Positions 1 through 9,264 of a DNA stretch of 60,549 nt are shown piece by piece (positions within the stretch are counted from its first letter, which is position 1; each line of letters begins with the position of its first letter). This DNA is from a virus (lineage: Duplodnaviria > Caudoviricetes). The translations under genes were made by a program, and so were the position numbers. The stretch is taken from positions 1 through 60,549 of IMG/VR virus record IMGVR_UViG_3300044638_004051; one strand, given 5' to 3'. Below the pieces are notes generated by a model. The model was given only the letters and a program-made list of their open reading frames with translations, searched no databases and was not told where the DNA came from.

Positions 1-194
1 GCGGCGTAAATGCACTACGTTCTATTGTCAACTACAATAATTCGGGTTGGACATTAGATAAGAATGGCACTTATTCGGCCCCGTACCCGTATGGCTTGAC
101 TAAGACGCTTACGATGAACCCCGGCGACTATATCGTTGACCTGCGCGCGTCGCGGTACAGCGGCGGATACACCGGCACAATCACAATCACATGA
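1..194 (+). CDS. 3' end of the Fn3-domain tail/adhesin protein that begins at 60012 (wraps the circular junction)
   Basis: Frame from base 3 is open to TGA at 192-194 (GVNALRSIVNYNN...YTGTITIT) and is in frame with the ORF running off the window end. Confidence 0.65.
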   Translation, partial: GVNALRSIVNYNNSGWTLDKNGTYSAPYPYGLTKTLTMNPGDYIVDLRASRYSGGYTGTITIT

Positions 195-202
195 GGCGAA
201 CA

Positions 203-727
203 ATGAAGGGCGCAAAAATCACACTGCCGAACGACCGGCGATTCGCGCTTGTCCCGCGCAGCGGCAGCTATGCGATCATATGGCAGGCTATCCCGGCTGC
301 CGACCGCACACCCGGCGACGGGTGGCATCCGATCAACGCGACCACCGACACTATCGGCTCGCCTCTCCAAGCAGACGAACCAGCGGGGGGTCTGTGCTGC
401 CTCGTCCGCGATCCAGTGGAGCGGTTCCGTTCTGCGTGTGCGCGTCAGGGAGTGAGCGTCGAGGAAGGGCTGGCGCGACGGGACTCTGACGTTCACTTCT
501 GGCCGCTCGACAGCATGGGGCTGCTGACCGAAGGGGTCACGCACTTCGCGTTCCCGGCGCAGATCGACGCATGTGCGGAATGGCTGGGGCTGGAGACTCC
601 AGTGCCGCAACTCAACGCGGAGGCAGAAGAGGGTAAGCCCGCCCTGACGGCAGAGGAGGAGGCAGCGGTTCGTGCGGCATACGCCGCCGATGTGGCACTG
701 TGGGAATCGCTGAACTCGCAGCCATAA
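203..727 (+). CDS. Sulfotransferase-like protein
   Basis: VPRSGSYAI resembles the 5'-PSB loop; VRDPVERFRSA resembles the 3'-PB motif; DVHFWP also present. ATG at 203 follows GAGG. Confidence 0.6.
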   Translation: MKGAKITLPNDRRFALVPRSGSYAIIWQAIPAADRTPGDGWHPINATTDTIGSPLQADEPAGGLCCLVRDPVERFRSACARQGVSVEEGLARRDSDVHFWPLDSMGLLTEGVTHFAFPAQIDACAEWLGLETPVPQLNAEAEEGKPALTAEEEAAVRAAYAADVALWESLNSQP

Positions 728-744
728 GCAGACAGAGGAACAAC

Positions 745-2364
745 ATGGCAGAGCCACAGCCCAACTATCTATCTGGCGTCAATCAGGCCCGGCAAGCAGG
801 GCGTACTGCTCGACGGAAGCGCACGGAGGACATGCTGACTCCGCTAGACAGCGCAGCCGCCATGGACCGTCTACAGGGCGTGGACGTTGGCGACTTCAGC
901 GGCGTTATGGACACTCCATCGGTGAACATCATCCCGGCCCTCATCGGCAATCGGCGGGGTGGTGGCGGGGGCGGATACTCATCTCCGCAGGAGGATGACT
1001 CCGACGAGCCGCAGGACGGCTATATCACCCAAGTCGGATGCCCGAACGGCCAGTGCGGCGTTCGCTCCTATGCTCCGATGGCCGCTCCAACAACGGTGTA
1101 CTCGACGCCTAGCTCGTCCACCGTCTACTCGACGCCCATGTCTTCGCCTATGGCGACCACCGTGTCCTCTCCAGTGGTCACGTCTACCACCACTTCTGCG
1201 AAGCCAGCCAAGCCCATGACGCTCAAGGAGCGCGGCGAGGCAATGGTCAACGATGGCTTGGCCCAGTCTGGCTCCATCCCATATGACGCTCCAGACAGCC
1301 AGCCTGCAAGAGCCGCACTTGCCACGCAGGACGCGCGCCTCAAGGTTCTGGCTGGCGAACGCATGCTCGCCCGTGATGCCCGCGAAAAGGCTGATGAGAT
1401 CAACAAGGTTAACACCGGGCGAATGCTTGATCAGCAGGACATCCAAGTCGCTGCTGATGCTGCCGAGAAGTATTCGCAAGCCAAGGTCAATGATGCGACT
1501 GCGGCCATGGCGCAGGACGGCAACTCTCTCGACTACCACCAGCGAATGAACACGCTGCTGCGCCGCACTATCGAGGGAGGCGAGTCGCCAGCCGACTACG
1601 CTGCCGCCCGCTTGGTCGCTGACACCAACACCATGGCGAAGCCGAATCTTGGGCGAGGCGAACCCGGCGCACCACCCACGATCCTTCAGCCGAATGTTGC
1701 ACTAAAGCCGCTGGATGAGCGGTATCGTGAGTACCTTCGCATCGGCACCGCAGGACATGCCATTCACATGTTCTTGCAGTCATCGCAGTTTCACGAACGC
1801 ATGACTGCCCGCCCCAGCGACGAGGTCCGCATGGCTCGCACCGCTGGCATGGTTGGGAAAGACAACGAAGGCAAGCCGGTCGAGTTCAATACTGATCAGT
1901 TGTATGACCCTGATTTCAGCAAGACGCACAACGAAGCACTTCGACGCTCGACCACTGCCATTGCCAATGGCTACGGCCAAAGCGGATTGCTTGGCAGAAG
2001 CTGGTACGAAGTCAGCACCGCACTCAACAGCGACGTGCTGGCTCCGTTGCAGAGGTTTGTGACCGAGCGGTACATCACCTCAGAGGCTGGGCGAATCAGC
2101 CAGCTGCCGGAAGAAGCGCAGGCCGATGCGATTGCCGCCGTGCGAGACCGAGCATCCAACGACTCTCTTGCTTACTTCCGGTTTATTGAGGCGGACATTG
2201 CAATAGCCAATGCCAAAGCTGGTGGCGGCGATCCTATCAACCCAGACCGGGTGAAGGGGTCATGGTTCCCTTCGTCCAAGCCCGATGTTGCACCTTCGCC
2301 CGGTGCGCAAGCAACCCCCCCAGCCGCCTCTGAACTGCCACGGTTCCATCGCGGAGACATGTAA
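745..2364 (+). CDS. Putative internal virion/ejection protein
   Basis: Long ORF, GAGGA RBS before ATG 745, low-complexity N-terminus, position among virion genes. Confidence 0.55.
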   Translation: MAEPQPNYLSGVNQARQAGRTARRKRTEDMLTPLDSAAAMDRLQGVDVGDFSGVMDTPSVNIIPALIGNRRGGGGGGYSSPQEDDSDEPQDGYITQVGCPNGQCGVRSYAPMAAPTTVYSTPSSSTVYSTPMSSPMATTVSSPVVTSTTTSAKPAKPMTLKERGEAMVNDGLAQSGSIPYDAPDSQPARAALATQDARLKVLAGERMLARDAREKADEINKVNTGRMLDQQDIQVAADAAEKYSQAKVNDATAAMAQDGNSLDYHQRMNTLLRRTIEGGESPADYAAARLVADTNTMAKPNLGRGEPGAPPTILQPNVALKPLDERYREYLRIGTAGHAIHMFLQSSQFHERMTARPSDEVRMARTAGMVGKDNEGKPVEFNTDQLYDPDFSKTHNEALRRSTTAIANGYGQSGLLGRSWYEVSTALNSDVLAPLQRFVTERYITSEAGRISQLPEEAQADAIAAVRDRASNDSLAYFRFIEADIAIANAKAGGGDPINPDRVKGSWFPSSKPDVAPSPGAQATPPAASELPRFHRGDM

Positions 2365-2699
2365 TGAGCGCGCTCATCCCAGCAATCATCAGTCTTATCT
2401 TGAGCCGACGCGGCGGAGGTGGTGGCGGAGGTGGTGGTGGTGGATACCGTGGCGGCGGCGGTCGCGGTGGCTACCGAGGTGGCTACCGTGGTGGCTACCG
2501 TGGTGGCGGTCGCCAACCCAAGTCCATTGAAGAAGTGAGCAACGATCACTGGCGGAAGCAGATTTACAAGGGTGCGCTAGAGAACGATTTCGAGAAGGAG
2601 CTTTCGTCCATCGACAAAGGCGAGAACGATGCGGAGCCTACTAGCTATGTCAAAGGCATCGCAGAACTGAAGGCCGACCTGCTAGGTAGGGGGCGTTAA
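2364..2699 (+). CDS. Gly/RGG-rich small protein
   Basis: TAATG coupling; hydrophobic N-terminus then poly-G and GGYRGG repeats. Confidence 0.7.
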   Translation: MSALIPAIISLILSRRGGGGGGGGGGGYRGGGGRGGYRGGYRGGYRGGGRQPKSIEEVSNDHWRKQIYKGALENDFEKELSSIDKGENDAEPTSYVKGIAELKADLLGRGR

Positions 2700-3331
2700 T
2701 GCTTGGACTTCTTGGCGGACTCCTTGGCGGCGGGTTAATGGGCGGCATGATGCGCCGTGGTGGCGGCGGCGGCGGGGGCGGAAGCTCGATGCCGACCTAT
2801 GCTGCGCGTGCGCCACAGTCCGCCCCTGACGCCCCCGAGCCACAGGAGCCATCTGGGCAGACGAAGGCCCAAGATCCGCAGCAGCAGGCTCCGCAGCAGC
2901 CGCCAGAGCAGGCTATGTCGCAGACCGCCGCGACAGAGGTTGCCAAAGGCCAGCCTGTACAGCAGCAGCAGCAGAAAAGCCCAGTGGCTGGACTGCTGGA
3001 TGATGCGCCCACATCGAAGCCGCCGCCCGAGCCGGGCGATGACCGACCACCGGAAGCTCCGATGGTCGCCAACCGAACGGAAACCCCTAATCCTGTCGCT
3101 CGACAGCAAGACGAGCAGATGGGGCAGGTTCCGCGACTTGAGACGCCGAGCCTTCTTGGCAACCAGCTACTGGACTCTGGCACCAACCGTCAACGGTTTG
3201 AGTATCAGGAAGGGATGCCAGCCAAGCAGCTTGACACATCCGGCTCCGACTGGACTCCGCCGATGGGGCTTTCGTATCAGCAGCCGACTACCGTTGCCGG
3301 TAGCGTTCCCGCTCGCAAATACAGGATGTAG
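2699..3331 (+). CDS. Pro/Gln-rich putative ejection protein
   Basis: TAATG coupling; GLLGGLLGG N-terminus typical of phage DNA-transfer/pilot proteins. Confidence 0.6.
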   Translation: MLGLLGGLLGGGLMGGMMRRGGGGGGGGSSMPTYAARAPQSAPDAPEPQEPSGQTKAQDPQQQAPQQPPEQAMSQTAATEVAKGQPVQQQQQKSPVAGLLDDAPTSKPPPEPGDDRPPEAPMVANRTETPNPVARQQDEQMGQVPRLETPSLLGNQLLDSGTNRQRFEYQEGMPAKQLDTSGSDWTPPMGLSYQQPTTVAGSVPARKYRM

Positions 3332-3333
3332 CA

Positions 3334-6300
3334 ATGGACCCGCTATCCATTCTCGCATCCTCACCTGCGCGTGCGCAGCTAATGCGTGCCACTGGCATGC
3401 TTGGCCCATCTGGCTATCGGCCTGATCGCGACAGCATGGATGACATGCCTGTTGCTGAACAGGACACCATGCTGGCTGCGATGCAGCGGCAGGCGGGCGG
3501 CGCGCTTGGGGCGATCACGACCGCTCTTGATACGCCCGGTGCCATCGGCCGAGGCTTGCTCACTGGCGATCCCACCAGCGGCTTCTCGTTTGACGAGGAC
3601 CGCCGCGTAAGTGGTGCGGAGATGCTGGAGAAGGCTGGCGTTCTCGGCAAGGATGCCAACCCATACTACCGCGCGTTTGCGGGGCTGGCTGCGGAAGTCG
3701 CGACCGATCCGTTGGCCATCGTGACAGGGCCACTCAGCACCCTGTCCAAAGCGGGCAAGGCCGCAAAAGCCGCAGGCATTCTCAACAACGCATCCGATGC
3801 CGCCCTTGCTGCGATGGGCATCGACAAAGCGCGTGGCGCACTTGCTACCGGACGAAACGCCTACCAGTTCCTTGGTGACCTTCTTCCAGCGGGTAAGGCA
3901 ATAACGAAAGAGAATGCCGCCTATCGCCCGCTGGTTGGGCCGCGAGTTGCTCGATCAAACGTCACGCTTGAGCAAACGATCCAAGCGTCCACCGATCCAG
4001 TCAAAGCACTGGAAGACGTGCAGCGTTATCTGAAAAAGCAGGGCGTTGATTACGACTCAGTCAAGGGGCAGAAACTTGGTGGTGCCTTTGGCATCAACTA
4101 CTTCAATCTGCACGACCCGATAGTCTTCAATCCACAGAACCCGCTGGTACAGAAGTCGCTCGACCTGCTCGATGCGGGCGGGCAGATGGCACGGTGGTCG
4201 CCTCTGTCCCGTACTGCCAGTGCGTGGTTCGATCAACGTGTAGGCGGGCGCAGCGGATCGTACGATCAGCTGATGAACCTCCGACACTGGGATGACTTGC
4301 AGGCGGAGAAGGCTGCGGCCCGAACGGTTGCATCGCAACACACCCGACTTGTCACCGGCACCGTGTTGTCAGATGAGGCACAGCGGCTGCTTGGTGCTGA
4401 CACGCTGAACTCTCCACAGGGCGGCGACTTCCTGACACGCATGTATGAGAACGTCCCGACTCAGGGCGACATGCGGCTGCGATCTGCCATCGGGGCCGAG
4501 ACCACTGACAAGATTGTCGATAGCTTCAACAAGTTCCGCGATGACATTCGTTCCCAAGCCAAGGACTTGGGCATGGTCAGCCGCAGGATGAAAGACCCGT
4601 ACGGCGTGGAGTGGCTCCCTCGACGCGGGCAGGAAGGAAAGTTTGGCGACTACGGGAGTGGGCTGTCCCAGAACGCCTACTACACCCGCTCACTAGAGAA
4701 CGAGATTCGCAACAAGAATCTTATGACTCCGGGGGGCACGGTTGACCTGCGGCAGATCACGCTGCTTCCGAAGGTTCAGCAGTTCGTCCGCGAGGGTGAG
4801 AAGAGCGGTCTGTCCGTTGCTGAAGTGGGTGCCGAGATAAAGCGGTTCCTCGATTACAAGCACGGTGCCGACACCCCAGAAGCCCGAGCGTACCTCGCCA
4901 AGATCGGCGTGCAATACGATCCTCGCGTCACACCGTTCAAGACGTTCGTGCCGCAACTCGACGCGCAGGGCAAGGCTATCACAGAGGCCGTGCTGGACGA
5001 GGCAGGCAACCCGAAGATGCGCATGGTCCGCACGAAGCGCGGCACGGTGCGGATCGACAAGGCGACCGGCAAGCCTCTCATGCAGCCGAAGACCCGCACT
5101 GTCTTTGACGAGAAGCAGGTCATCTCCCAAGGGCAGGCAGAAGGCATCGCTCGCGTCTACATGCGCAAAGACCCGAGTCTGCCCGCCGACATGCCATTCT
5201 TTAGCGAGCATCCGCTGGCCCCTATCGCTCGCGCTGCAACCGCTCAGGCAACAGCCCGTGCTAACGCTCGCACCGTATACCAGAGCCTTGCCGAAGCAGC
5301 AGAGTTTGCAGGCGACGGTGCCTTTGCCAACTCTCTCCCCGGCACCAATCGTAAGCCGCTCGACCGTGCGTTGACAGAGATCGCACAGAAGACCGGATTG
5401 CAGACGCTGTCTTCCGGCAACCCATCGAACTCCGTTGTCAACATCCTCAAGCGGCAGATCGCCGCGATCAACAACCAGTCTCCCGATGCGGTGAACCTCG
5501 CCCAGTGGTCTGTGCCAGAAGTTGTGGTCAACCGCCTGACTGCGGTTCACGACTTCTACTCCAAGCCACGCGCCCAAGAGGAAGTCGCGGGCATCTTCAA
5601 CGCTATCGGCCAAATATACAAAGGCTTCCTGCTTGCTTTCCCAAGTCGCTTCACACGCGATATCTATAGCAACGGCTACCAACTGTGGACGCTAGGTCGC
5701 AACCCGCAGGATGTGGTGTACGGCATTCGCACCGCACAGAAGATCGTGTCCGGTGATACGAAGGCCGCTGCCGAGCTTCTTCGTCAGCTGCCCGGCAACA
5801 CCAAGCTGCCGGACCAAGCGGTGCTGTCGCGGATGCAGGATGACGTGGCTCGCACCGGCATCCTTCAGACACTCGCATCGAGCGATCTGCTGACTTCCAA
5901 TCGCACGGCTGACCTCAACAGCCTTGTGCCCGGTATGAATCCGCAGCGGGCGGGCGACTTCATCAAGGAGCTTGTGCCGGACGGCTCACGCAATCCGCTT
6001 CAGATGGCGCAGGACTACTTCACCTTCAAGGGTGTACAGATTCCGTACGCCCAGAAGCTGCCTGCTGCCGAGACACGCAACGCCGTACTCAACGCCTCGC
6101 AGAAACTCAACGACTACACCGACAGCGTCTCTCGCCTTGGTGGCATGATCATGCTCATGCGGCAGGGCGTGTCTGCTGACGAGGCGGCACGACGTGTCAC
6201 AGAAGCTCTCGTTGATTACTCAAGCTTAACGCCCGTGGAAAGGTCCGTTTTTAAAGCGATTTTTCCGTGGTGGAGTTACGCGAGTAGGTCAGGTGCATAC

Positions 6301-7068
6301 GCCGTCAAGGAACTGCTGACCAATCCCGGCGGCGCGTATGCCCAGACGGTGCGTGGGTTCAACCGACTGCAAGAGTCCGACGAGAACACCTACGTGCCCG
6401 AGGCTCTGCGGCAGCAATTCGCCATTCGCATTCCAGACGAATACAAGCAGTATCTGGGGCTGGGTAAGACCGGCAACACAACCTTCCTACGCGACATCGA
6501 TATCCCCGGCTTCGACACTCTGTCACTGTTCTCGCCCGGCCCCGGCATCTATCCGACCGTCAAAAGCACATTCGCCAATCTGGCGCAGCAGACCAACCCG
6601 CTCCTCCAAAACCTGACCGAGCTTGCGTTTGACCGCGACCTGTTCTCGCGCCGCCCACTGCAACAATCAGACAACGCGCTCGACCGCATCTATCGAGAGT
6701 TGAGCGGATCGAAGACCAACATGAATCCGGTGCTGCGGCAGGCCATCGACCTGATCCCCGGCCCGCGTATCTCCAGCGTGATCAGTCCGCTTGTGGACTC
6801 TCGCGTTCCCGACATGCAACAGCGTGTCGCCAAGATGCTGATCAACAGCTTGACAGGCGTGAAGGTGCAGGACGTGGACCCGCGTTATCAATACTCAGAC
6901 GCACGCCGCTTGCTAGCCGAAGAGTTTGGCGACTTCGCCCGGGACTACACCGAGAGCTACATCCCGAAGGACGTGTTGCCGCAGGTTCCGGCAGAGCTAC
7001 TGCCGAGGTACGAACTATTCCGGTCGCTTGGCAAGAGGCTGCGTGACGAGAGGAAGGCACAGAAATGA
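3334..7068 (+). CDS. Large putative internal virion (ejection) protein
   Basis: 1244-aa ORF; C-terminal FPWWSY/NP motifs resemble large podovirus internal proteins. Confidence 0.6.
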   Translation: MDPLSILASSPARAQLMRATGMLGPSGYRPDRDSMDDMPVAEQDTMLAAMQRQAGGALGAITTALDTPGAIGRGLLTGDPTSGFSFDEDRRVSGAEMLEKAGVLGKDANPYYRAFAGLAAEVATDPLAIVTGPLSTLSKAGKAAKAAGILNNASDAALAAMGIDKARGALATGRNAYQFLGDLLPAGKAITKENAAYRPLVGPRVARSNVTLEQTIQASTDPVKALEDVQRYLKKQGVDYDSVKGQKLGGAFGINYFNLHDPIVFNPQNPLVQKSLDLLDAGGQMARWSPLSRTASAWFDQRVGGRSGSYDQLMNLRHWDDLQAEKAAARTVASQHTRLVTGTVLSDEAQRLLGADTLNSPQGGDFLTRMYENVPTQGDMRLRSAIGAETTDKIVDSFNKFRDDIRSQAKDLGMVSRRMKDPYGVEWLPRRGQEGKFGDYGSGLSQNAYYTRSLENEIRNKNLMTPGGTVDLRQITLLPKVQQFVREGEKSGLSVAEVGAEIKRFLDYKHGADTPEARAYLAKIGVQYDPRVTPFKTFVPQLDAQGKAITEAVLDEAGNPKMRMVRTKRGTVRIDKATGKPLMQPKTRTVFDEKQVISQGQAEGIARVYMRKDPSLPADMPFFSEHPLAPIARAATAQATARANARTVYQSLAEAAEFAGDGAFANSLPGTNRKPLDRALTEIAQKTGLQTLSSGNPSNSVVNILKRQIAAINNQSPDAVNLAQWSVPEVVVNRLTAVHDFYSKPRAQEEVAGIFNAIGQIYKGFLLAFPSRFTRDIYSNGYQLWTLGRNPQDVVYGIRTAQKIVSGDTKAAAELLRQLPGNTKLPDQAVLSRMQDDVARTGILQTLASSDLLTSNRTADLNSLVPGMNPQRAGDFIKELVPDGSRNPLQMAQDYFTFKGVQIPYAQKLPAAETRNAVLNASQKLNDYTDSVSRLGGMIMLMRQGVSADEAARRVTEALVDYSSLTPVERSVFKAIFPWWSYASRSGAYAVKELLTNPGGAYAQTVRGFNRLQESDENTYVPEALRQQFAIRIPDEYKQYLGLGKTGNTTFLRDIDIPGFDTLSLFSPGPGIYPTVKSTFANLAQQTNPLLQNLTELAFDRDLFSRRPLQQSDNALDRIYRELSGSKTNMNPVLRQAIDLIPGPRISSVISPLVDSRVPDMQQRVAKMLINSLTGVKVQDVDPRYQYSDARRLLAEEFGDFARDYTESYIPKDVLPQVPAELLPRYELFRSLGKRLRDERKAQK

Positions 7069-7466
7069 GCGCGATCATCCGACTCGCAAAGACGCTGTAC
7101 GGCCCGCAGAAGTACGGCGAACTGTCCGAAGAAGCTGGCCGCGTGAAGGCGGAGTACGTTGGTGCTGGCGGCAGGCCGGAGGACGTGTACTCGCCAGAGA
7201 GGATCAGCGCACTGGCTAATGGCGGTCCACTGGCCCTGCTGCGTGAAGAGGGCAAGCTGCGTTCCGATGGCACCGTCGCCGCTCCCTATGTTCCGACCGG
7301 GCTGGCACTCGCCACAAACATGATTGAACCCGCTGCCGTGCCTGCCGTTGTTAATGCAATGCGTAACGGAATAAACACGGTGAGCAGTGGACGTGATCCG
7401 GAAACGGGCCAAGGGTTTGCTATTGGGCGTGCGCCAGATGGAAGCGTGAAGAAGGTGATGGGATGA
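7065..7466 (+). CDS. Hypothetical protein
   Basis: ATGA-coupled ORF. Confidence 0.65.
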   Translation: MSAIIRLAKTLYGPQKYGELSEEAGRVKAEYVGAGGRPEDVYSPERISALANGGPLALLREEGKLRSDGTVAAPYVPTGLALATNMIEPAAVPAVVNAMRNGINTVSSGRDPETGQGFAIGRAPDGSVKKVMG

Positions 7467-7729
7467 GCGACGTGATCCGCAAGCTGAAGAAGGGGGCGTG
7501 GACACGCACAGAAGGGAAAGACCCGGATGGCGGTCTGAACCAGAAGGGCAGAGATAGCTACAACCGCGAACACGGTGCGGACTTGAAGGCACCGCAGCCA
7601 GAGGGCGGGCCGAGGCGGGATTCTTTCTGTTCGCGGATGCAAGGCATGAAAGAAAAGCTGACTAGCGAGAAGACAGCGAACGATCCTGATTCGCGAATCA
7701 ACAAATCACTCCGCGCGTGGAAGTGCTAA
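7463..7729 (+). CDS. Conserved small phage protein (DUF6321-like)
   Basis: AWTRTEGKDPDGGLNQKGR...RRDSFCSRM...SRINKSLRAWKC pattern. Confidence 0.75.
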   Translation: MSDVIRKLKKGAWTRTEGKDPDGGLNQKGRDSYNREHGADLKAPQPEGGPRRDSFCSRMQGMKEKLTSEKTANDPDSRINKSLRAWKC

Positions 7730-7992
7730 TGAGCGACGTGATACGTGCAGTGCGTGGCGGCTGGACTCCTCCTCCGCGTACCAATTCATTCGACGTGCGG
7801 GCCGACCTGCCGCGTGATACCTACTCGTTCTTGCAGAACCAGATCGAGAGCCAGCAGCGGCAGGCGCAGAACAACGTCAACCGCACGATCCGTTCCGGCA
7901 ATCTCAACGCTGCGCCGCGTGCCGAGACTGCCTCACCAATCCGCATGCCAGTCATGCTGCCGACCACCATCATTACCCTCCCTGTTCCGTAG
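7729..7992 (+). CDS. Hypothetical protein
   Basis: TAATG coupling; MSDVIR N-terminus shared with the 7463 gene. Confidence 0.6.
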   Translation: MSDVIRAVRGGWTPPPRTNSFDVRADLPRDTYSFLQNQIESQQRQAQNNVNRTIRSGNLNAAPRAETASPIRMPVMLPTTIITLPVP

Positions 7993-8000
7993 GAGTGCCA

Positions 8001-8264
8001 ATGTCCAGCGGCTACAACCAACCGTTCGACGCCACGACCATCAGCCGCATGAACCAGCCGCGACCGAAGGGGCCGGATGACGTTGTCGTTCACAACCCAT
8101 TCCAGATGCAGCTTGACGCCAATCCGGAGTTCGCCCGCCCGGCCAGCGGTGGCGGCAACATTCGCGACCTGATCAACAGGCTGCGGCAGCGACCGACGCA
8201 AATGGCACCGCCCCCCCAGCAGCAGGCTCCAGCCGAGCCGAAGTCCGTGCTGCGAAGGGAGTGA
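8001..8264 (+). CDS. Hypothetical protein
   Basis: AGGAG RBS; last gene of the + strand block. Confidence 0.6.
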   Translation: MSSGYNQPFDATTISRMNQPRPKGPDDVVVHNPFQMQLDANPEFARPASGGGNIRDLINRLRQRPTQMAPPPQQQAPAEPKSVLRRE

Positions 8265-8275
8265 TGCTCTATCTA

Positions 8276-9136
8276 TTACCGGATCGGCGGCGGGCCAGCC
8301 GGAACGTCGAACAGCGAGGCGTCTAGGTAGTGCCTGCCAGCCAGCATTGGATGACTGTGCTGAAGATAGCGAGTAGCTGCGCCGGGCTGATCTCGCTCGA
8401 CATAAGTCGCGCAGGATCGACGCAGCCATTTGCACGAACCGCCGAAGCCGTGCCTGTCAAGGAACGCCCGCCACGTCTTGATCGCCCTGCGCCGTGTCAG
8501 TGCCCACTGGAACAAGGTGCCATCGGGTGATCGCGATAGCAGTGCATTCACTGTTTCGTCTGTTGTGTCAGACATCTTCCTCACAAGTGCCTTGCCAGTC
8601 TTTCCCGCCGTGGTGCTGATGCAGCCATTTCGCACATTCTGGGCAGTCAGGCCAAGCACGTCACTGAATCGCAGACCTGTATCAAAAGCGATACCGATCC
8701 ATGCTGGCAGCACGTCGCACCTCCGCAAGGTGGACACTCCGCCAAGCAGAGTCTCGTCGCGTTCTGCCGCCTCTAGCATGCGGACCAGATCGAGCATCGA
8801 CCATGCCTGTGGCGGAGCCTGCTTGGCACGCACCTTCCTGATACGCACTGGAAGGGTTTCGGTCAGCCCTTCTTCAAATGCGTATCGCCACAACGTCAGC
8901 AGTTCTCTGCGGATATTGGATGCTGTTGTGGGTCCGACTGTTAGCGTTCCGATAAATCGGTTGACGCTTTCCGGTTGGAGTTGACAGATTTTTTCAAGCC
9001 CATTAGCTTTGGACTTCCGTACAGTTCGTCGCAAGGATTCGACGTATCGAGGACTGCATTCCCGTGAAGCAACATAGGCTTCAAGCAGTTCGTCAAGGTG
9101 CATCTCAACGGTGTGTATCAAGGAGGATTGAATCAT
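8276..9136 (-). CDS. int: Tyrosine recombinase / phage integrase
   Basis: DTGLRFSDV (R), KTGK (K), KWLRRSCAT (H-x-L-R box), LQHS...HY (catalytic Tyr); AAGGGGAG RBS before ATG 9136. Confidence 0.85.
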   Translation of the reverse strand: MIQSSLIHTVEMHLDELLEAYVASRECSPRYVESLRRTVRKSKANGLEKICQLQPESVNRFIGTLTVGPTTASNIRRELLTLWRYAFEEGLTETLPVRIRKVRAKQAPPQAWSMLDLVRMLEAAERDETLLGGVSTLRRCDVLPAWIGIAFDTGLRFSDVLGLTAQNVRNGCISTTAGKTGKALVRKMSDTTDETVNALLSRSPDGTLFQWALTRRRAIKTWRAFLDRHGFGGSCKWLRRSCATYVERDQPGAATRYLQHSHPMLAGRHYLDASLFDVPAGPPPIR

Positions 9137-9264
9137 CGGTGGCTCCCCTTTCTGCGGGCCACCTTGCCCCCAATTCGTAGCCCATATCCCTATGGACTCA
9201 ATAGCTCTAAACAAGAGCTAACTGCTTGCCCCCCCATGTAGAGGAAGGAGTTAATGGTTTCCTA

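Noticed and set aside
3334-7068. Tape measure protein or virion RNA polymerase
   Set aside because: No tail tube or chaperone context and no polymerase catalytic motifs recognised; an ejection protein is more consistent
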